Assembly (NCBI RefSeq): GCF_009914755.1
Contig: NC_060925.1
DNA length: 64,000 nucleotides
Direction: 5' to 3' (one strand)
From: the human T2T-CHM13v2.0 reference genome, Homo sapiens
Shown here: positions 33,754-50,756 of the stretch, in pieces
Numbering within the stretch: the stretch's first letter is position 1
Layout: every line of letters starts with the position of its first letter
Program-made: the position numbers and the translations under genes
Notes under the pieces: model-generated
What the model was told of the DNA's origin: nothing
Databases searched by the model: none
Seen by the model: only the letters and a program-made list of their open reading frames with translations

Positions 33754-36700
33754 TGAGAAGCTGGGATTACAGGCATGTACCACCACATCTGGCTAATTTT
33801 TGTATTTTTAGTAGAGACGGGGTTTCGCCATGTTGGCCAGGCTGGTCTCAAACTTCTGACTACAGGTGATCTGCCTGCCTCGGCCTCCCAAAGTGCTGGG
33901 ATTACAAGCATGAGCCACCATGCCAGGTCTTCCTGTCAAATAAGGTTTTAAACATGCAGCTGTAGCCACAGCTCTCGTGTTTATTAGTCTGGCATCACAG
34001 TCAGTACTGTGAGTGCCGTTGCTTAGGCTTAGCCTATAAATATCCACAAATATCCATTACAGAAGCAGGCAAGGGCAAATGCTGTGCTAAGCAGCCCAAG
34101 GGCCACATTTGGAACCCACTTAGGAAGCATGCTATGTTCAGTACAGTAAAACCTTGGTGATTCAATGGCTTCAACAAATGTTCTGTGTAGTAAGTGTTTT
34201 TCATGGAAATATTTCTGACTTGTCCTGGTGATTTCTGTGTTTCCTTAACTGAATCATCATCAAGAAGAGATTAAATTGTTTAGCTATATGAACATAATTT
34301 ATTAACCAGTGCTATACAAATAACTAGAGATGCAGACAGATATGACGTGAGACCAAAGAGTGAATGACACCTGAGCCTGGCATTCCTCGGAGCTTAAAGA
34401 AGAGTTCCTGGTGTCCCTCTGTTTTTTGGAATTTTTTTTTTTTCAAAGAAAGGGAGGAGGATTAAAGATTTATCTCCTCAACCCCTCATTTCTGAACCAT
34501 GAATCCACATTTCAAGTTCATCTTACATTAGGCCCCTAGAGTGGGGTATGGGAAGCCCTGGACACCAGCATGCCTGCCTGCCAGCAGAATGAGTTGATGC
34601 TCCTGAGACTGAATGCTGTTTTGCACTTGGCTTCCCTATTTATACTAAGTTTGCTACTCAGGCTTGAACAGAATATCCTTCACTTTTTCTTAACTTAGGG
34701 TGAACTGTTTCATAGAACATTTACTTGAAAGCCTATTGATCCTGTTTTATTTGAAGAAAGAACAGTGAGTCAGCAAATAGCTCTAGACCTGTCTCAGTGA
34801 GTAGTGTGGGCTCACTTAGCTTCTCTGGTCTGTTGGAACACAGTGGCACCATCTTGGCTCAGTGCAACCTCTGCCTTCCAGGTTCAAGCGAATCTCCTGC
34901 TTCAGCCTCCCAAGTAACTGGGACTACAGGTGCGTGCCACTGTGCCCGGCTAATTTTCGTATTTTTAGTAGAGATGGGGTTTCACCATGTGAGCCAGCTG
35001 ATCTTGAACTCTTGTCTCTGGTCCAGTTTTCTTATCTCGTGAATGGTTCCAGAATAAACGATTTTGCAGGCTTTTTTCAGCCCTGAAGTTGTGCTAATGT
35101 GACTCACAGTTATTATTTTCTCTAAGTTTCCCCCAAAGTTTTTAAAAATAGCTTTCTAGACAACCTAAAAATTGCAGCTGAAAACTGTAATAAAAATAAA
35201 AGTTGTACCTTACTCATTAAATCTCTTTTCTGCAAAGAGATCATGTTCTGATTTACCCTTCAGTTGGTAAGTAAAATTAGATAAGTCATATTAGAGTTGG
35301 CTGCAAAATGGTAAGAGGATTCCTAGACAGTAATTTTGCTTTCTTAGAGTGAGTTCTACAGTTGCCCCAAAATAGGATGGCTTTAATATGACTAGATAAT
35401 CCTCTGCTCTGAAATAACCTTTTTCTGAAGGTAATCAACTAGGAAGAAATATTTTTAAAATATCTCATATGTCAGTTTGTATTCCATAATCAACAGTGGT
35501 TTATTGTGGTTAGTACTATAATAAGTACTAGTCAAGATGCCTTGTTTAGGTCGGGTGCATCCTGTTGTCCTGTCTGTTGAAGGTTTTCACTTTGAGAAGA
35601 TTGTATAGATTTCTACCCAGCTATCTTTAATAGACCTTAAAATTATGTAGGTTATATCATCAGCTTGTCTTGTATTTGCCTATTTAAAATCATATGCAGG
35701 GTGGGGCTGGGAGGAAAAGAAAAAAAAGGAAAAAAGCAGTCATATGCAAAAGCATTTTCTTTTTTTAAAGAGGGGCTCACTGTGTTGCTCAGGCTGGAGT
35801 GTAGTGGTGCAGTCATAGCTCACTTATGCAGAAGCGTTTAACACCACTCTTAGTGGTTGTTGAATAACTTTTGTGGTGCTTTATAGATAAACTATTGAAA
35901 ACTTGGTTCTTGGCCTTCTCACTCCTTAGGGAATTGTGTGGATTTGTCTTGCTCGCTGGCCCTCTAGTATGACACTTTTGTTCTCCATTTGTGGGGCGGC
36001 ATGTGCACTGCATGGTAATCATTTCTGCTGAGGACTGTGTAGAGATGCCATTCAGGTAGCTGTTTTAGCCTTTGAGCCTCTGTGTGTGTTCTGAAGCCTA
36101 ATGAGAGCCATTTCAGGTGGTTTTTGTCACTTGCCACCCCCAACTGCAGACTTGTTCTAGCTTCTTCCACCTTGTAAGTATAACTCTTTTCTGAAAAAGT
36201 ACCTCCTACATGGCTGCCTTACTGATGCCCAGGTTCCTTCTTTCATCTGTTTTGCTCTTTGCCTACCTTTGCTGGTTGTTGTTGTTCTTCATCTTTCTTT
36301 TTCTTTTTTTTAAATTTTATTTTAAATCATACCCTCCTATTTGTTCCACCAAACTCATATACTACTTTGCTTTTGCAGCTGCTGCTTTGAATCTTTACTC
36401 TTGCTTTTTTCACGTGTTCCCTTGCCTTGCCTTTGGTATGTTTTTTGTTTTGAGGTGACATCCAGTCATGTAATATTCTGGAAGTCCAAGAGATCCAGAA
36501 AGTCAAACACTAGACAACTTAAGGTTTATTACTCACAAGTCCTTTCTGTGTAGATATTTACGTTTTGGGGTCACAGGCTTCGTTAGTAACCTGTTATCAT
36601 ATGAATCATACATTGAAGTGTTTGATGAACTATAACACTTTTCCTTGTTAATCACTACTAGCATCATTACTATATTTCATTATCATCATCTGACTTTCTT

Positions 36701-37739
36701 ACTTCATCTCCATGACCAGCATTTTCACCTGTTTTGGCATGTGCTCGTCCCCCTTTTTTGTACTCCTTTTCCTTCCATTCTTTGCCTAATTGCTACTTGT
36801 CCTTCATTTCTCTGTCTGGGCCTCACTCAGCCTTGATTCACCCATGTTACAGAGACCTGTGAATACTCCAGTTCTAGCTCTTAGTACACTGTTCTCTTAT
36901 CTCCTACTGTATTCGTTCTCAGTCCTCAGACATGCTGCTCTAGCAACACATTATTCCTAGAAAACTCCAGGTACTTTCCCACTCTCAGCATACCCACATG
37001 GCAGCTTCTGCTCTTCTTTGATCTCTGCTCACATATCACTGAGTCTGTGAGGCCTGTCCTGACAACCTCACTTTAGATTGCTCCCTCACCTACCCTTCCC
37101 CATGTGTTCTTTCCTCTTGTTGCTTTATTTTTGTCTGGAGCACTTGCCACTATCTGACATACTGTGTACTTATTGATTAAAATGGATTATATCATGGCGG
37201 GGCACGGTGGCTCACACCTGTAATCCCAGCACTTTGGGAGGCTGAAGCGGGCCGATCACCTGAGGTCAGGAGTTCAAGACCAGCCTGACCAATATGGTGA
37301 AACCTCATATCTACTAAAAATACAAAAACTTGCCGGACATAGTGGTGTGCACCTGCAGTGCCAGCTACTCAGGAGGCTGGGACAGGAGAATCGCTTGAAC
37401 CTGGGAGGTGGAAGTTGCAGTGAGCCGAGATCGCACCACTGTACGCTAGCCTGGATGACAGAATGAGACTCTGTCTCAAACAGACAAACAAACAAACAAA
37501 CAAAATAAATAATAGGATTATATCAGTCTCCTTACTACAATGTAAATCTTATGAAGGCAGAGATTTTGTTCTCTGACATATCCATAGGTGCCTTGAAGAA
37601 GGCTTGATATGTAATGGGGTTGTATATAAGTATTGAATGAATAAATCATCACTTACTTCTCTCTCTCTCTCTCTGGTATACAGTAACCTCCTTGAGAGCA
37701 GGAAACATGTTTTGGTTCTTTTTAAATTAAATTAAATTT

Positions 37740-37890
37740 AATTTAATTAATTTATTTTTTTAATTTTACTTTACGTTCCAGGATGCATGTGCAGAATGTG
37801 TAGGCTTGTTACATAGGAATACATGTGCCATGGTGGTTTGCTGCCCCTATCAACCCGTTATCTGGGTTTTAAACCCTGTATGCATTAGGT
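37740..37890 (-). mobile_element. L1PA 3'-end fragment
   Basis: catgtgcagaatgtg.aggcttgttacatagg.atacatgtgccatggtggtttgctgc. Confidence 0.85.
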
Positions 37891-38675
37891 TCTTATATTT
37901 ATATAAGTGTAAACACTCAGCAAGTGATTGGTAAATTGTCACTTCAGTGTGTGTCTTCAGATGCGATTTAATAGTAAACCTTTCTATGTTGACTGCTGGG
38001 TTGTGTTCAGGAGGTTAGTGTGTTATGGCGAAATTGTAGTGAAACAAAAGCAGTAAATACGTTTGGGAACTTTATTCTTTTTTTTCTTTTTTTGAGATGG
38101 AGTTTTGCTCTGTTGCTCAGGCTGCAGTGCAGTGGCGCGATCTCGGCTCGCTGCAAGCTCTGCCTCCCGGGTTCATGCCATTCTCCTTCCTCAGCCTCCT
38201 GAGTAGCTGGGATTACAGGCGCCTGCCACCATGCCCACGTGGATCACGAGGTCAAGAGCTTGAGACCATCCTGGCCAACATGGTGAAACCCCGTCTCTAC
38301 TAAAAATACAAAAATTAACTGGGCGTGGTGGCACGTGCCTGTAGTCCCAGCTGCTCGGGAGGCTGAGGCAGGAGAATCACTTGATCCCCAGAGGTGAGGT
38401 TGCAGTGATCTGAGATCGCGCCACTGCAGCCTGGTGACAAAGGAAGACTCCGTCTCAAAAAAAAAAAAGACTTGGAGGATTTATTTGTTTGGGGTTGATT
38501 TAGTTTTAGGTCTAATCTTTATGATTCTTATCTTATGTATTAATAAAAGAAAAATCTCTTTACATTTAATTCTGGCCTGTATCCTCAAAGGGCATGATTT
38601 GCTTCTTGCTTTTCTAGCATGGTATGTTAAATTATAAGACTCTTTGCCTCTTTAACTGTGCGCTTCCTTCCTTAG

Positions 38676-38765
<90 letters not shown>

Positions 38766-39085
38766 TAAAATCTGGAAATGTTTCTAAGTTTTCTAGGGGA
38801 TGTGGATTACTTTATCGTAAGAAAAGATAAAATATAAATTAAAATCAAAGAGTCTGCCCTTCTAAAACACAAAACGAAACCAAAAAAATGGACAGGGATT
38901 TATGGCCAGTTGAATTTATGCTTTGAAATGACATCTACATATTTAAATATTATCTAGGGAGTCACAGGTTTATTAGTTACCATATTACATGTTGCTAGGG
39001 ATTCATAAAAATGGAACATATTGGCCAGGCGCGGTGGCTCACGCCTGTAATGCCAGCACTTTGGGAGGCTGAGGTGGGCAGATCA

Positions 39086-39368
<283 letters not shown>

Positions 39369-39640
39369 TTATTGACTATCCCAAAGTCAGTTGAGACAAA
39401 GTTCTTATCTCAGTGAATATAACTTTAACAAAGCAAGATTTCATTGATTTTGAATGTGATGTTGCTTTTAGAAATAACTTCTCATTAATGATGAGATAAG
39501 CACATTATTTTATGTTTGCATTATTGGCTATAAACATGGCCAGTTGTTTTTGCTTTGCAGGCTTTATTTTCCAATTCATATTAGACTGATTTAATTGACA
39601 TTTTGGTATTAGTGTTCTGATATACCTGTTTTTTTCCTAG

Positions 39641-39716
39641 AGAGGCTTTGTTGGCTGAGATGGGAGTTGCCATTCGGGAAGATGGAGGAACCCTAGGGGT
39701 TTTCTCACCTAAAAAG
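39641..39716 (+). CDS. KIF1B: KIF1B exon ([25 protein letters not shown])
   Basis: cctag| acceptor, |gtagga donor, 76 nt. Confidence 0.97.
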
Positions 39717-40983
39717 GTAGGAAACAATGCTGTGAAACCTAATCAGACAGAGACACTTTTTGTTTGTCTTTGTTACTGGGGCACTTCATGTCTTTCAGGA
39801 CCTACTCTCCCCCTTATTATCTTGATACTTGCCTTAATTTCAGATATTTCTGATTTCATCTTAGAGCATGGTCTTATAGTACAAAGGCAGCCTATTTCTA
39901 AAATGCCTATCTTGTTTACTGTTTACAAAAGAAAAAACCTAAGGCAATATGTAACCTTTGGCCATGATTCAGTTTGTTTAGTCATCTTTATTTGTTGCTT
40001 TCTCTTAAATTCCCAGCCTAACCTAGCGTACTTTCAGTTTTGGCTACTCTTTCATGTAGATTTTCCCACAGAAGTCGTCTACCCTGCTTTATAACTTTTT
40101 GGAACCAATTTCAGCTGTACAGGTTTGTGGAGAATAATACTGCTTCCATTTGCTTCTGCAATTTGTATTATAGACAGCCATTGTACTAAGTAAAGCAATT
40201 CCTGTCCCTATCCTTCTAGACTCCTCTGCTTCCTTCTTCATTTTTTAAAAAGTGTCTCCAATAGTTACCTTCCTTTTTACATAATCATAGTTATGAAGTA
40301 GTTACGTAGCTTTTAGCTAATTAGAGTAGTAAGGGTTTTTTTGTTTTTTTCTTAAACTAAGTTGCAACGTCTTGTTGGATACTAGAAAATGACTATCAAA
40401 TGGTTATTTTGTGTGCTTATGTATCAGAAAATAGGAGAACATATATCGATGTACAAAGCATGTATTTTATGCCACTAGTAAATTGTCCTTTATTTCAAGT
40501 GACCTCACATTGGCTATTGGAGACTTAAACATCTTTATTCATAGGTTCTGTTGATGATCTCTCTAAGTTAGGATACAAGGGGTGGTGAGTTTTGAATTGG
40601 TACTTTTATGTGATATGAAATATTCCTGTGGTTTTCGCTACAATTCTTCTGGTCAGGTTTTTCTATCCTGGCCACATAACTTTTTTTTTTTTTTTCTTCC
40701 CAAATTCCAATGTGTTATTTTCAACAGAAAAGACTGATGTAAAGACATTTTAGATGCATATTGTAGAATAGAACAGTTAAGTATTTTATATGTTTATATT
40801 ATGAAAGGTTAGTGGTTTTCACAGTTTTAATAGTTTTTCCTTCAGTAAGACATGTATTCATTCAGATATGTTACTTAGGATTATATAGATTTTAGCAGTT
40901 ACAGTTTTGGTGGAATTTAATTGTGCCTATGCATATGTCTAATAAAGGTATTTTATAACATCTTACAGTATTAAAGACTGTGA

Positions 40984-41151
<168 letters not shown>

Positions 41152-42129
41152 TAAGTTTTGTATTTTTAGTAGAGACGGTTTCACCATGTTGGCCAAGGGT
41201 GGTCTTGATCTCTTGACTTTGTGATCCACCCACTTCAGCCTCTCGAAGTGCTGGGATTACAGGCATGAGCCACTGTGCCTGGCTGGAAAATTTTTATTAT
41301 AACAACTAGTGAAAATATTATGCATTTAACATAAATCATAAATAACTTGAACAAATGTTGAGATGTACACTGCATGGAATTCCAAAGTGAGATCTCTGCT
41401 TCCAAAGCTTTTTCTTACTTTAATTTTACCCATCTTGCTTTAGCTTTCTAGACTTCTTCATGAAAGGAAGGGATATACCAGTGACCACATCCAAACTCAG
41501 TCTTAGGACCTGTTTCTGAGATTCCATTTTTCAAATTATGATGTGCTTTAAAGAATGCTACTCACAAAGGGCTTTGACTTTCTCAAACCAGTCAAGTTCT
41601 TCAACTACAAAGGGGGATGCTAGTTGAGAAGATGTGGAGGTTTTTCAGATTTCTCTTTAACCATCTTTTATAGTTCCTTTTCCTACCCCCTCATCTGACT
41701 CTTCTTTCATTCTTCCACATTTGCTGGCACTCTCTTGAGTAGATTTTGGCCTCAAGACCATGTGACTTATTTTTGGATTCCAGTGGGTTATTTTCACTAA
41801 AGAAGGTTGGTTTTTTAAAAAGATTTTAGAAATATTAGAGTTAGATGAAGAGGATTGTTAGAAGATGTTTATCTTATCGAATATCAGTAATTTTACTTTT
41901 TTCTTTAAGGTAAAGACTAATAAATTAAAATCTTTTAAGGTAAAGACAAATTAATAACTGGGATCAGAAGAACTGATAAAAATTATAGTGGGAAGTGGTG
42001 GGGGGGTATGGGGACATTTTAATAAAAGTAAATATTTCTTGAGATTTTTACCCAGGCATTTACAAAAATTATAATTATTCCGTTCAGAGAATTGGCCTGT
42101 CATTTTTTCCTTGTGCTTTGACCTTATCA

Positions 42130-42450
<321 letters not shown>

Positions 42451-42573
42451 TCAAATTAATTAATTAATTAAAATAAAATAGAATGCACTTGGTTCCGTTT
42501 GGTGAGGCCTGAAGAGAGTGTTTTCTCTTTATTATGGAACCGCAACTAGGGATAAAAAGAAATCCCTCTCTAG

Positions 42574-42804
<231 letters not shown>

Positions 42805-43252
42805 TAGATAATTGAATAACTAAAGGGAAGGGGTTGAAAAAATTAACGTAATGATTTGCTGTATTTTTTGTCTGAAATAGTTACAAACTATGCTCTCTTT
42901 CCAAATAATGTGTTTTTGCCACTGGAGCCAGTTACTATGTAGTTTTTCTCTGAAGACCCTAAATAATTTTTTTTTCCTTTAACAAATATACATTCCTTAG
43001 GGATTTTATTTGACTCATGTCTTTATAATACTGTATGAGTTACATTGGTATATCAGTGCTCCTTGTTTCTTATTCTGATGTAGAGAGGTTGATCATATGT
43101 GAGGATAGAATTCATAGTTGAAAGCTTCTGATGCAACAAGGCAATACCTTTTTTGTACGTACCAAAGGATATTCTTTGGAATAAAGAGGTTCATTGTTTG
43201 TAGTGCTTTCTGTGTCTGAATTTCCCTGGGAAACACTTTCTCTTGTGTTCAG

Positions 43253-43359
43253 GGTTGGCCAAGCAGATGCTGAGCGGCGCCAGGACATAGTGCTGAGCGG
43301 GGCTCACATTAAAGAAGAGCATTGTATCTTCCGGAGTGAGAGAAGCAACAGCGGGGAAG
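43253..43359 (+). CDS. KIF1B: KIF1B exon, FHA domain ([35 protein letters not shown])
   Basis: gttcag| acceptor, |gtgagc donor, 107 nt. Confidence 0.97.
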
Positions 43360-44174
43360 GTGAGCATTCCTGGCTGGAGCTTCAGCAACAACATTTTCAT
43401 TTTATATTATGAGAAATCCTTAAGACTTTGTATTCTCTGTCTATCAGTAGTACTTTCTTATACAATCTAATTCTGAAAAATGGAGAGACCTGGGCTGCTT
43501 ATGAATGCAGAGATGGACAAGGCTGCTTTACATGAAAATAGCTTGGACAAAAGAAGCCCTTTTTTACTGCCAAGAACTGAGAAGGACATAGGCAATTAGG
43601 CTTGGTCTGGAATGTTAATTATTTAATAGAAAAGTAAGAAAATAGCAGATATCCTGGGTAATAGGAGATTTGAAGGACATTAAGTCAACCCAGCAGAATT
43701 TATTTTTATCTAAAAGGGAAGAAAAAGTCAGTCTTGATTTTTGCCTGGGTTATTAACAAAACAACAATTTAATGGTTTTTTTCTGTTATATAAGTCACTC
43801 ATTCCCTTATCAAAATATTAGCTTCTCAGTCTTTAGTTTCTGGTTATTACCTATATCTCATCCTTACAATTTCTGATGGTTCTGAGTTTTATTGACTGAA
43901 CCGTCAGAGATCCCTGAAACTAATATTTCCTATCATCTTCTTAGGTTTATCAAATAGAGTTAAATGTTCTTGTGTTAGCCATGGCCACAGATAGCCTCTT
44001 CTATTGGGGCTAGTTCTGGTACCCCAAAATGAACTACTGTATAGACAACTTCAGCCACTTGATTGATTGCAGGGATTTATTCTACTTACTGCAAATCCTG
44101 ATAAGCAACTGCTTTCCATTATTTGATTCCAATAGTTTGTAATGATAACATTAGTTTGTGTTTGTTCCTCTTAG

Positions 44175-44258
44175 TTATCGTGACCTTAGAGCCCTGTGAG
44201 CGCTCAGAAACCTACGTAAATGGCAAGAGGGTGTCCCAGCCTGTTCAGCTGCGCTCAG
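44175..44258 (+). CDS. KIF1B: KIF1B exon, FHA domain ([28 protein letters not shown])
   Basis: cttag| acceptor, |gtgaga donor, 84 nt; TYVNG motif. Confidence 0.97.
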
Positions 44259-44489
44259 GTGAGACTGGGAGAGGTTTGCCATCTTCAGCAATGTGCACAT
44301 GGCTTCTGTGACAACTCTAATTTTTGGCTGTTTAAAGGCTGAAGTAATAGTCAGCATTAGGATTTTTGTTCTTGTAAAAACAACAGCTCTGAAAGCTGTC
44401 TTTTCACATTAGGGAGGGGTGAGGTTGTTAAATAGATACTATATATTAAAAAAATTATTTCTTAACCCTATTTTTCTGTTTTGTGCTAG

Positions 44490-44670
44490 GAAACCGTATC
44501 ATCATGGGTAAAAACCATGTTTTCCGCTTTAACCACCCGGAACAAGCACGAGCTGAGCGAGAGAAGACTCCTTCTGCTGAGACCCCCTCTGAGCCTGTGG
44601 ACTGGACATTTGCCCAGAGGGAGCTTCTGGAAAAACAAGGAATTGATATGAAACAAGAGATGGAGAAAAG
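44490..44670 (+). CDS. KIF1B: KIF1B exon ([17 protein letters not shown]...KQEMEKR)
   Basis: gctag| acceptor, |gtaatg donor, 181 nt. Confidence 0.97.
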
Positions 44671-44766
44671 GTAATGCACAGTTACGCAGCCCATATGACT
44701 GTTTCTTCTTTTAAACATGTAATACTAATAGCATTCTTGAATTTTTTTTTTTTTTTTTACTTCTAG

Positions 44767-44839
44767 GCTACAGGAAATGGAGATCTTATACAAAAAGGAG
44801 AAGGAAGAAGCAGATCTTCTTTTGGAGCAGCAGAGACTG
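44767..44839 (+). CDS. KIF1B: Last exon shared by KIF1B alpha and beta (LQEMEILYKKEKEEADLLLEQQRL)
   Basis: ttctag| acceptor, |gtagga donor, 73 nt, ends in phase 0. Confidence 0.96.
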
Positions 44840-46466
44840 GTAGGAGTCCTGAATCTGCTAAACTGTTGGGAAAAGGGCAGCTTGTTCCCATACTTTCCCT
44901 GTTCCACAGAGCAGTACTCACCCAAATTGCTTCTGTCTCAATGATACCAAGCACTATTCTTTAATTTCCTTAATGGAGAATGAACTTAAATCTCCCGGTA
45001 GCCTTAGCCTGAAAAAATAGTCCACAGAGGTACTCTTTTGGGCTTTTTATGTCTTAAAGCCAAATCTTAACTTCTGTTACAACCAAATACTTTTTAAGGA
45101 AATAGAGCTTTTCTGGTAGCCTTTGCCTCTTGATAGTGGTTTTGGAATTTGCTTCAGTGGTGGTTCTTTAAATGATAATTACTCTGAATATTGAATTTGG
45201 TGAGAGTTTGCCTTGGTTTTGTTTCTGATCACTTGATAGTACTAATTCTCTGCTCTTGGGCTGACTTTGGGATTGTTCTTACGCTGGGCAGACTTTTTTT
45301 TTTTAAGTTAAACTGTGTCTAAAAGTGTTGCTGCACAGTTGCATGTGTTACTCCTTTCCTTATCCCCTGCATGGAGTCTGAATTCTCAATCAGGTTCTCA
45401 GTGGCATGTGTGGTAGCGGTGGGAGCAAAGGCTGCATACCCAGCCCGGACAGGACAGAAGGCTTGCTTCCTTTGAGGGAAGGAGGATTTGAGTGAGCAGC
45501 TGGAAAGTCTGTTTAAGGTCCCAGCTATTGATACAATACTAATGGCTTCAGCGTTTTATAATGGTAATTGATTTCCCAGATTTGATAGAAACTGAATCTC
45601 ATGAATAAATAAGTTGATCCATTAGTTAGATTTTCATTTTTAAAGCCAACCAAACAACCAATTTTGGTTAACAAAGCTGTGGTTATAAGAACCTTCTCAG
45701 CATTCATTTGATATGTAAGAATAAAGTATAACTAACCTTTGGATACTGTGGATGCAGTTTAGGAAGTTCTCATTTTTTAAGATTCAGTTGTATCTTTCTT
45801 TTAAGGTAAGGGGGCATTAGGGAGAAAGTTCAAGCACTGGCTTCTTTCCTTAGTATAAAATACAGCATGTAAACTACAGCCTTCTAGTCATGCTCTGTGC
45901 TTTGGAGAAGAAGGGGCTTAGTGCTAAGTGGGCCAGAAACGTGAAGGACTTGAGCACAAGCAACCTTTTCCAGAATACCTCAGTTCTCAGGCATGGGCAT
46001 GGATTAAACCAGTTAGTTTGTTATCTTGTAAATTATAGTAAAGCCCTAAAAAGAATGGATTGTAAGAATAAATCAAGGGTTTGGGGCAAGATAATAGCAG
46101 TGTTACCAACAGAGGCTCTTTAGGAGGCCTTTTTAGCATTAAGTTTTTAATGAAAACGGAAAGAACTAGCTACAATGTGATTAGTGGCTTGAAAGGTTTG
46201 TGACACAAGAAGATGTCTTTTATCTTAATAATGTAGTACATTCTAATAACATGCCTCTGATGGTCTGTGAGAGATCAAATGAGGACAGGTGTAATTAAGC
46301 TCTATTATTAACAATAATGCCTTGTATTTGTATAGTGCTTTATAATTTACAGAGAGCGTTAACATCCATCAATTTATTTGACCCTCAAAACAACCCTCTT
46401 TGTTTACTTATGCATATGTATAAGTAAAATATGTAATATTACCTCCAGTTGAGGAAACCAAAACTT

Positions 46467-49303
<2,837 letters not shown>

Positions 49304-50756
49304 TCATAGGCAGAGCAGCTGAGTATTTTCTTTTCCCAGCAACTTTTATCTCCCGAATAGAAATTCTTTCTAATCCCACTTACTATTTGGAATTCTAAAT
49401 CCAACATTGCTTTCCCAGAGATCCATGTTATCAAGATTTGCTTGTATTAGTTAAGAGCGATTGCTTATTATCTATACAGCCCTTGAAATTACATTGTTGT
49501 GAAGTCAGGCTGCTGTTTTAGGGCTAAGTAAGGTTTTCTGAAAAAGAGGCAATGGTGCAAAGACAGCTGGAAAGACAGAGTTAAACATACCTTTTAAAGT
49601 GGATCAATTTTATGTAACCAGAGTATGATCTTTCTGTTTTATGTGTTTATTGGAAGAGTTGTCACTTAAAGTGATATTCCTCAAATAGCTAAAAATGTCC
49701 TGGGTTTTCTAGATAGAAAATATCTCTAAGTTGTACTTATTAAAATGTGACTTGGGGAATTTTAAATTATATTCAGTGGAAGTATATTTGCCCAGCTTTA
49801 TTTTTGTTCGGGTAATTTATTTCTCAAAATTTTGGAGGTGAGGTCTTTATTGATTTGTGTGTGTGAAAAACAAGACAAAACACACCCACTATGAGGATCC
49901 TTTAAAAAAAAAGCTTTCTTGTTATCCAGATAACACACTTTAATCGTACGACGGAAATGGATACATTTAACATGACAAAAAATAGCAAATCCTCTGCTCA
50001 TGGAAAGATGATTTCCAAACCCTCTTGTCTTACAGAAGAAAACATTTGGTTGACTAAGAACTGACATGGTCTGCTCATAGGGATTCTTAGCATTTTTAAC
50101 ATCATCCCTGTTTGACTGCTTCTTTTTCTACATTCTCATCTTCTAACTTTTTTCTAGGGCTGCTCTTTTTAGTAAAGCTAAACAAAACCTGGCGTCCTAC
50201 AGCCTTACTAACCTTTGTTAATCCGCCTGCTCGTCACATCTTTGTATGGCATCTGTGCTCACTCATGGGGGAAAGAGATTCTGGAAGAAGCAACAGCAAT
50301 AACCAAGGCAAATGTGGGGAAGTGTCTGCATGGGTTGTTAGCATGATGTGTGGGGCCTAGGTTTTACTTCATTTTCTTCGAATAGTGAGGTCGTTAAGTC
50401 ACGCCATTTGAATAATTTTGTATGACCATAGGGTGACATACTCATCCCTGTTGTCAATTCTCCTAAGAAATTTGGTGGCAAATTTCATCACTTAAGCCAG
50501 AAAGTGGAAATTTGGATTAGGGATGCCAAATAAGCAAATCTTTATATTGATAGAAATGTACATAGGCGTATGTCTTAATAGACTTCCACATTATTGAGGG
50601 GTTTTTTTTGGTTTTGTTTTGTTTTTTAGTTTTTTTGGTCTTATTTTTAAATTTGGTTAAGGCTTTTTTGCTTGCTTTTTCTTCGATTTAATTTTCCTTT
50701 TTTACATTTTAATTTTGGTTATTTTGGGGCCATTTTTTGATTTTGTTTTTCCAAAG

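Noticed and set aside
39717-40094. ORF continuing ~125 codons into the intron after exon 39641-39716
   Set aside because: Chance open frame of low-complexity hydrophobic sequence; the canonical donor is present and retention cannot be shown from DNA
50715-50756. N-terminal extension [14 protein letters not shown] of the 508-aa ORF as a standalone gene start
   Set aside because: It begins at TTG and is the U-rich acceptor tract read in frame; the real exon starts at 50757
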